Part shown: positions 56,256 to 64,000 of the stretch, one piece after another
How the letters are laid out: every line of letters starts with the position of its first letter
Position numbering within the stretch: the first letter of the stretch is position 1
From: Takakia lepidozioides
Lineage: Eukaryota; Plantae; Bryophyta
Assembly: GCA_030704615.1 (NCBI GenBank)
Contig: CM060734.1
Location: 46,624,001-46,688,000 of the forward strand
Length of the DNA: 64,000 bases
Direction: 5' to 3'
The notes under the pieces: model-generated
Told to the model about the DNA's origin: nothing
Seen by the model: only the letters and a program-made list of their open reading frames with translations
Databases searched by the model: none
Translations under genes and position numbers: made by a program

Positions 56256-59200
56256 GATGATGAGAAGGTGTGGAATGATTACTTTGTTGACCCCAGTCAA
56301 TGGTGGGACAACTGAGGTAAAAAGTTGAATCCCTGTTAGGTGACAGAGAGTAGCAGACGCAATTCAGCATAGGAACTAGTGTGATTGGGTGTTTGTCATT
56401 GTCAGCTGCTAGCAGCAAGGGCAAAGATGAATGCATGATTTGTGCAGAGGCATGGATAGCTGACGGAGAAGGGATAGAGTGTGGGTCCAGATTCATCCAA
56501 GAGGGCCAGATTTCAAGCACTAAGATTACGTATGATTCCCTGTGGATCAATAGCTACAAGAAACCTGCATGCGTAGATGGTCAACTAAAGGCAGCAGCTG
56601 CAGCGGCACAGTTGATAAAATCAGGCACCTCAACCATGACCACAGCTTCTGGAAGAGGATCAAGAGAGGGAGTCCACAATGCCTCTTCTGGCACTTCTGG
56701 GCATGTGAAGATGCTTTGTGAGGCAGGCAGACTGAAAGAGGCTGTACAGACTTTAAACCAAGGAGGCATTTCAGCAGATTCAGATACGTATGTCTGTCTC
56801 TTGCATAAGTGCATCAAGATGAAAGGCCTTGAAGCTGGAAAGCAGCTGCACACTCACATTATCCAAAGTGGATTCATGCCAAATGTTTTTCTACTCAACA
56901 CCCTTGTCAACATGTATGTTAAGTGCAGGAGCATCATGGATGCTCACCAAGTGTTCAACAGAATGCCTCAACGATCTTTGATCACGTGGAATATAATGTT
57001 GGCAGGATTTACCAAGCATGGGTGGTCAAATCTTCCATGGGTCGTGCCACAAGGTCAAGGCCAATGTGGTGAGGGCACCTTCTTCTTCGACCTATTTCAG
57101 CCTGTTTTGCCCTCTCATCAGACTTGGCCCTGAGATGCATACTGAAATGTCAAGGATAATGTGGTGAGGGCACCTTGATGTGGTGAGCAAATGATGCGCG
57201 AAGGGGTGAAGCCCAACCATCGTCAAAGCTGGAATTGTACCAAGTGTCATTGTGAACACTACCCTGGTGGACATGTATGCCAAATGTGGGTGCATTAAGG
57301 ATGCGAAGGGAGTTTTCAACACTATGGCTGAACGAGATGTGGTGTCATGGAACACGATGCTTGCAGGGTATCCACAGCAGGGACGTGGTAGAGAGGCTTT
57401 GGAGACCTATGATCAAATGATGGGGGAAGGGGTGAAGCCCAACCACATCACGTTTCTGTGCATTTGCAATGCGTGTGCAAGCCTGGCAGCTCTGGAAAAG
57501 GGCAAAGAGGTCCATGGCGACATGGTCAGTATGGCTGAACGAGATGTGGTGTCGTGGAGCAAGGGCGCGGGATGGAGGCTTTGGAGACCTATGAGCAAAT
57601 GATGTGCTGAGGGGGTGAAGCCCAACCACATGACGTTTGTAATGCGTGTGCAAGCCTGGCAGCCCTGGAAAAGTGCAAAGAGGTCCATGGTGACATTATC
57701 AAATCTGGAATTGTACCTGTCCTGGTGGACATGTATGTCAAATGTGGGTGCATCGAGGATGCAAATGGAGTGTTTGACAGTATGGCTGAACGTGATGTGG
57801 TGTCGTCGAGTGTGATGATTGCAAGGTATGCACAGCAAGGGTGCGGGATGGAGGCTTTGGAGACCTATGAGCAAATGATGTGCAAAGGGGTGAAAACCAA
57901 CCACATCACATTTGTTTGTGTTTGCAATGCGTGTGCAAGCCTGGGAGCTCTGGAAAAGGGGAAAGAGGTCCATGGTGACATTGTCAAAGCTGGAATTGTA
58001 CCAGATGTCATTGTGAACACTTCCCTGGTGGACATGTATGCCAAATGTGGGTGCATTAAGGATGCGAAGGGAGTTAATTTCAACACTATGGCTAAACGAG
58101 ATGTGGTGTCGTGGAACGCGATGCTTGTAGGGGTATGGACAGCAGGGGCGTGGGATGGAGGCTTTGGAGACCTATGAGCAAATGATGGGGGAAGGGGTGA
58201 AGCCCAACCACATCACGTTTGTATGCGTTTGCAGTGTGTGTGCAAGCCTGGCAGCCCTGGAAAAGGGCAAAGAGGTGCAAGGTTGCATTGCCAAAGCTGG
58301 AATTGTATCAGATGCGATTCTGAACAATACCCTCGTGGACATGTATGCCAAATGTGGGAGCATTGAGGATGCGGAGGGAGTGTTCAACAATGTGGCTGAA
58401 CGAGATTTGGTGTCATGGAATGCCATGCTTGCAGGATATGCACAGCAGGGGCGCGGGATGGAGGCCTTGGAGACCTATGAGCAAATGATGGGGGAAGGGG
58501 TGAAGCCCAACCACATCACGTTTGTGTGCATTTGCAATGCTTGTGCAAGCCTGGCAGCCCTGGAAAAGGGCAAAGGGTGCATGGTGACATCATCAAAGCT
58601 GGAATTGTACCAAATGTCATTCTGGACACTGCCCTGGTGGACATGTATGCGAAATGTGGGTGCATTGAGGATGCAAAGGGAGTATTTGACAATGTGGCTG
58701 AATGAAATGTGGTGTCGTGGAATGCGATGATCGCAGGATATGCCCAGTATGGTTGTCATAGGGAGGTCCTGCAACTATTTGAAGGAATGCAAAAGAACAG
58801 CTTGAAGCCGGACAGTATCACCTTTATATGTGTTCTCTCTGCGTGCAGCCACACTGGCCTACTGAATGAAGGAAGACGCTACTTCGATTCCCTGAGTCAA
58901 GATAATGGTGTCACCCCGCCAGTAAAGCAGTCCTTCTGGACGTGGGGACAACTACATGAGGCAGTGGACCTGATTAATAAAATGCCAATAAATCCAGATG
59001 TTGTGGTGTGGAAGGTCTTGCTTGGTGCCTGCAGAATCCATGGCAATGTGGAGATGGCTGAATGTGCGGCAACATCTATCCTCAAGTGGGATGAACAGGA
59101 TGCTGTGACTTATGTGTTGCTATATCAAACATCTATGCTGCAGCTGGCAGGTGGGATGATACTGCAAAGGTGAGAAGAATGATGAAGGTCAGAGGGGTTA

Positions 59201-59520
59201 GAAAGGAGCCCAGATGACAAGTGCATCCCAGAATTAAGGAAATCCATGCTGAGCTGAGAAGATTGTCTGGGCAGATGAAGGAGGGGGGGTATGTGCCTGA
59301 CACACACTTTTTATTGCATGATGTGGAGGAAAGGAGCCACCACAGTGAGAAGCTGGCCATTGGTTTTGGGCTGATCAGCACGACTCATCGAGTGTGTGGA
59401 GACTGCCACACCTCCACCAAATTCATCTCAAAGATTGTTGGCCGAGCAATTGTTGTATGGACGCTAACTACTTTCCACCACTTTGACGATGGGATTTGCT
59501 CTTGTGCTGATTACTGGTGA
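56256..59520 (+). pseudogene. PDF-motif plus PLS-PPR-E-DYW gene (degenerate)
   Basis: PDF motif halves at 56256-56333 and 56491-56600, PLS array about 56700-58900, E domain, and DYW with HSEKLA, CGDCH and terminal CSCADYW*. Several frameshifts, a TGA after KEPR and internal deletions. Confidence 0.88.
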
Positions 59521-60245
59521 AAGGATGTTTCTTGGAAAGATGCTAGTGTCTTGCTTCATTCATTGATCTGTGTAGCTACCCAGACCATCCACCATTTCCT
59601 GATAGTGTGGTCTACCCGGCATAGGTGGGAAGTCAGCCCACAATTGCACTTGACTGAAGGGGTGATTTTTGACTGATTCTGGTGACAGTGGATGGAAATC
59701 AGCTGTCCTAGTCTGGGTTTGGGTGGTGGAGCTTCTCCAAAGCTTGAAGATGGAAGTGAATACGATTTTTAGTGAGCTTGATAAGAGGGGCAGCCCTGTG
59801 CACAAGTTTGGTCAACATCTTAAATTTGGACATGTTTGTTTGTTTCTCGTGGTGTGGCTTTGGATGGAGCCCTTGACGAACTTGCATGGATATGTCAAAA
59901 GCTAGCCTTAACCCACCAAGATCCAATCCCATGGTGGATGCTTGAAAGTTCATATAGTGAATGTAAGAGTATTTGGGTATGTTGTTATTGATTGATGTGG
60001 CTTGTGAAAATTGAACAATGAAATGCAGATCCGCCATTTTTCTTCCAAAAAAAAACAATACACGGGATCTCTGCATGTAATACCATGGGGATGACCCACC
60101 CCTATTTTGTGAAAAATTGAATGTAGTTCCCAGAATTCGTCGCTAGTAGTGCGGATCAACGTGAAGCCTAGTTATATACGCATTTCAAATATAAAAGAGG
60201 TCTTCAATCTTGAACAATTCTGTGAACGCCAATATTCCACCAACA

Positions 60246-60315
60246 GTTGGTAGCTCACTTGGTTAGTGCACTCAGTGCCACACAGATGATTCTGTGGTCA
60301 AACCCTGCTACCTTC
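60246..60315 (+). mobile_element. tRNA-derived SINE-like head
   Basis: A-box-like TAGCTCACTTGG and B-box-like GGTCAAACC at tRNA spacing, without a proper cloverleaf. Confidence 0.45.
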
Positions 60316-60389
60316 AAGACTGTGGTGTGTTCTTCTTCCCCTTCCTTTGGGCGGTGTCCCATGCGAAAGCCTTCACGGCGAGGTTACCC

Positions 60390-60730
60390 TACTGACAGAT
60401 TCGACACAAATTAATTATATTTTGGGTTGTTGAAATTTTGAATTAACTCAAGTGATATGTCTAAAAATCCAGAAATATACATACTCAGCTTGTCTAGAAA
60501 TAAAAAAAATCTGGAATATCTCAAAAAATCTACTAAAGGAGATAATACAGAGGACGCGGGCAGCCTCTAAAGATGCGGAGCTCATATCGCAAGCTTGTAT
60601 CGCAGGTGGGAAAAAATTTCAATCCTAAACTGCCGAAACCCTGGAGTATAAAATATGAGGTGCCAAATGGACTGAGCCTCCAAAAAATAATTATTTCGGC
60701 ACTGTGCTGTCGAATTTGACAGCAACGTAC
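60390..60730. mobile_element. MITE-like element
   Basis: Imperfect inverted ends CTGACAGATTCGACAC / TGTCGAATTTGACAG. Homologous to 42820-43115. Confidence 0.65.
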
Positions 60731-61079
60731 AGTATTCTGAAAGAGGTTATTTTTTCCTCTCCGTATAACTAAGGGGCCTGATTTGTGAGCTGTCATATGT
60801 TTCCCTTTATTTTATTTTATTTTTAAAATTCCAGGAAAACCCAATTATCTGTTATTTTCATGAATTTTCAATGGCAAAAAATACTTGAAATTCAATATCT
60901 CCCACACCGCAAGTCTAAAGATTATGATTATGATTTCTTGGGCATGGGCCCTCGTGTAAACCGGCACCTCGATGCAGCCCTACTCATTGAGGGCTTTTCA
61001 GCATTATCAAGCACTTGGACGGAGGCCATGTACTTGGGAGATCTCAACGATGAAATAAAACAAACAGACGAAAACAAAA

Positions 61080-61222
61080 TTCTAGCGACAACTGAAGGTC
61101 GGAGATTAGTTTAGCGTAGAGCAGGAATAGGTGCCATTGTGCCACGTCATCTTCACCACATCATCGTACACGTCATCGTCGTCGTTTTTTTAAGAACGTG
61201 CCCGGATTGCCCGAAAATAACC
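61080..61222 (+). repeat. Dispersed repeat copy C
   Basis: TCTAGCGACAACTGAAGGTCGGAGATTAGTTTAGCGTAGAGCAGGAATAGGTGCCATTGTGCCACGTCATC...GTCGTCGT. Confidence 0.85.
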
Positions 61223-62454
61223 AGGAGAGGTGTCTTGCAACGCGGGGAAGGGATGACGATGTCCCTGCGACTTGAGCGTGAAGGGGCCGATCTCAGAGGG
61301 AGATCCTACATGGTGGATGCTATACAACCTTTTTTCATTTCACTGGCTGAGGATTCTAGCTCTACAATTCGTCAAGGAGAGATTCAATTCCCAAATACCC
61401 CACTTTGAATGAATCGGATGCAACGTCACCGGTGGAACTAGCAACATTCTCGCTTACAAATGTGTAGTTGAATAAGAATCCAAGAGGTTGTTGAGTCTAT
61501 GTTCGTGTACAGAAAACAAGATTAGCAATTTCCTGACTAGTCCATTTGTGGCGCTTGTCCCACTTGGTTCCCTAGATCAACAGGAGGATTGGAAGGTTTG
61601 TGCGCGGAGATTTGATATGTTCATCATACATTAATTTGACAGATATGGCCTCCAAGCAAGTTCTTCAAGAATATTGCGGGATCAACATTGCACAGCACAT
61701 TAGAAGATGTGATTTCCCAAGTTGGTATTAGGTATGCCCTTTCTCTTGTCATTGCTAATGTGCCTATTTACCAAATGCTTGAACCACCCTTCACATCTGC
61801 TAACCTTTAAACCTTAGAGATCTAAGGGGTAAGAGAGGGTCATCAGATGTTGCTTGCCATACGCTTGGGACTATATACCCTAAGCCCGGTTTAGACAGAG
61901 CAGGGAGACAAACAATTTAAGGTGATGGATGTTTTAATTGTAATGCTTGTTTTATGCATGCAGAGTGGTGTAGCAAACACTCTCCTGGGAAACAACATTG
62001 CTGGCCAGTCAACTTGTGCAAGAGGACCCCTGCCAGCATTTTCTTCAAGCCCGTTTGTGACTACCCTCCCTGATTCCATGGTGCCAACTAAGGGATGCTC
62101 CGAGATTGAGCTAGCAGCCACCTCTCCATTATCTGTGGGGTACGTACTGCCAAAGGGATGGAGAAAGGTCATGTTAGCAACAGTCCACTTGCCAATGGAG
62201 AGAGTGTGTCCATGGCTCAGGTGAATGGGCCAGGCTTTGGTTCCATATCAAGCCTATTGGCCGAAACTGAGGCCTCTCCCTCTGTGGGCCCAAGCAGGCC
62301 ATCTATATGAACATCATATCTCTTGAGCCCCTCTACTACAAGGCAGCATTGCAGCAGCTGTAAGTGATCGTCCTTCCTTTTTATGACTCAATGTGCTCAA
62401 CTGTCATTTTGGCCTCAATGACACCCCTCCGTAGTTTCCCCCAGGTTCTCAATG

Positions 62455-62850
62455 TTGGTGTTATCAATGCTTGCACTAGCCTGGCAGTTCTGGAGAAGGG
62501 CAAAGAGGTCCATACTGATATTAGGAGGGTTGGAATTGTGCCAGATGCCATTCTCGGCACTGCCCTATGGACATGTATGCCATATGCAGTAGCATAAAAG
62601 ATGCAAATCAAGTGTTCAACAATATGGGTCAACGATATGTGGTTTCATGGAACGCGATGATCACAGGATATGCTCAGCTTGGTTATGGTATGGAGGCTTC
62701 AGAAACCTACAAGGAAATGATAGGGGAAGACGTGAATCCCAATCAGCTCACATTTTCTGGGGTTCTCAATGCTTGTGCCAGCCTGGCAGCCTTGGGAAAA
62801 AATATAGAAGTTCATGCTGACATCATGAAGCCCGGAATTGTGCTTGAGCG
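62455..62850 (+). pseudogene. PLS-PPR fragment
   Basis: INACTSLAVLEKGKEVH, a frameshift, then DMYAICSSIKDANQVFNNM..VVSWNAMITGYAQ..LNACASLAAL. Confidence 0.8.
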
Positions 62851-63744
62851 TTCCCTTGAAATTGTTTTGGAGTACCCCTCAATAGTTGCTAGGTGGCTAA
62901 CAAGACCAACTGTGAAGATAGACATCACCAGCTGGCAATCCTAACTCTGATGCTGCTAGGTATTGGTGCCCAATTGTCACATGTCAAGCACCATCTGGAG
63001 TCTACGCCCTACATCTCGCTTGGGATGCTTGGCGTGCAGGATGTGGGCTACATAATCCTTCTTATCACAGGTTAGTAGCTGACTGATCACCTAAGATCTC
63101 TACCATTTTGTACAAGGATTTGTCTCTTTGATGTACTTTTGTTCTCAATACCAGTTGGCTCCAAATGGAATAGCAAAATTTTATGAATGTAACTGAAGAT
63201 CTAGTATCTAGCAAGCTAATGTGCCGGGTTGTCATACAGAATCTGTACTGGTGGAGGACCTATTTTCTGCTGCTGCAGATTGTGGGTTGTGGATGTGTAG
63301 CATGATATTGGTAGACACCCTAGTGTGGAATGTACAAGAGAGCCAGATTGCTGATTTGATAGATTTTCTTTAGGCTCATGGCGAAGAGTGTTCTAGTGGT
63401 TCTACATTATAGTTGTCCTTTGTCACTTGGATCTTTTGGGCCTCTTGCAGATGTTTAGAAGTTCCCTCTTTCTTTTTTTCTCTCTTGGGGGATCCCCGTA
63501 GACATCTTTCACATTCTTTCTTTTCTATGTCCCCTCTACTACCAAATCTCAGGCTGCTACTTTCTACCTTCTAGAGAGAACTTGTTGGGAGACCCATTTT
63601 CCTGTCTTGTTTTTTTCCTTGTCCCATAATTTCTTCAAGCTTCCTGATGTTATGTCTTCTCTCTGTGCATGAGCATTATGCAATGTGCTCAGGAAGTATA
63701 ATACTCTACTGGATTGAGACCCTGCTGAGGTTAGTGTCAAGTGG

Positions 63745-63920
63745 GACTGGAGCATGATGCCTCGATAGTTCCCCAGCTCTTCTCTGTCAACTTTTAGGGC
63801 GGGTATGGTGGCATCACCCACCTTTAACTCAAATCCCTCATTTTTCACATCCTCGAGTAGTTGATTGATGAAAACATTGAAAGCAAAGGAGAGAGGATAC
63901 ATCTTTGAGGTCAAAGACAA
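63745..63920 (-). mobile_element. Scrambled LINE RT fragments related to 31990-32520
   Basis: FNVFINQLLEDV..GFELKVGDATIPAL fused to DREELGNYRGIML. Confidence 0.75.
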
Positions 63921-64000
63921 CTATCCGCATATTCCCTTACCAAGCTTGTAGTTTGTAGGCAAAACCAAGAATATGAAGCCCTGTCTATGGTATGGTGGCA

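Noticed and set aside
60246-60315. Functional tRNA gene
   Set aside because: Only degenerate A and B boxes are present, with no convincing anticodon or T stems. More likely a SINE head.

Overview
Eukaryotic nuclear DNA from a land plant. A non-seed plant, probably a bryophyte, is inferred from the moss-like SUMO sequence, the intron-containing PPOs with signal peptides and the abundant PLS-PPR sequence. Spliced genes reconstructed by hand: (i) the 5' half of an atypical CLC anion transporter (minus strand, runs off the left edge) with GGGVT in place of the GSGIP/GPGIP filter motif; (ii) four polyphenol oxidase paralogues (two intact, two pseudogenes) with a signal peptide, a GC-AG first intron and variable active-site loops; (iii) plastid Iojap/RsfS and mitochondrial ETF-alpha arranged head-to-head; (iv) a SUMO gene fragment; (v) about ten degenerate PLS-PPR pieces, including a PLS-E-DYW pseudogene. 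The most unusual signal is the OSB-type PDF ssDNA-binding motif (W..FF..P..WWDNR..K / .P..PDFKHK...LW). It occurs at five places next to PPR pieces, and once almost in frame directly N-terminal to the PLS-PPR array that ends in DYW. This suggests a PDF-PPR-DYW fusion family, although every copy here is decayed. The intergenic space holds two LINE families (one insertion with a twin-priming 5' inversion), TA-target MITEs with empty sites in paralogous copies, solo LTRs, a CACTA remnant and Helitron/Helentron-like repeats.
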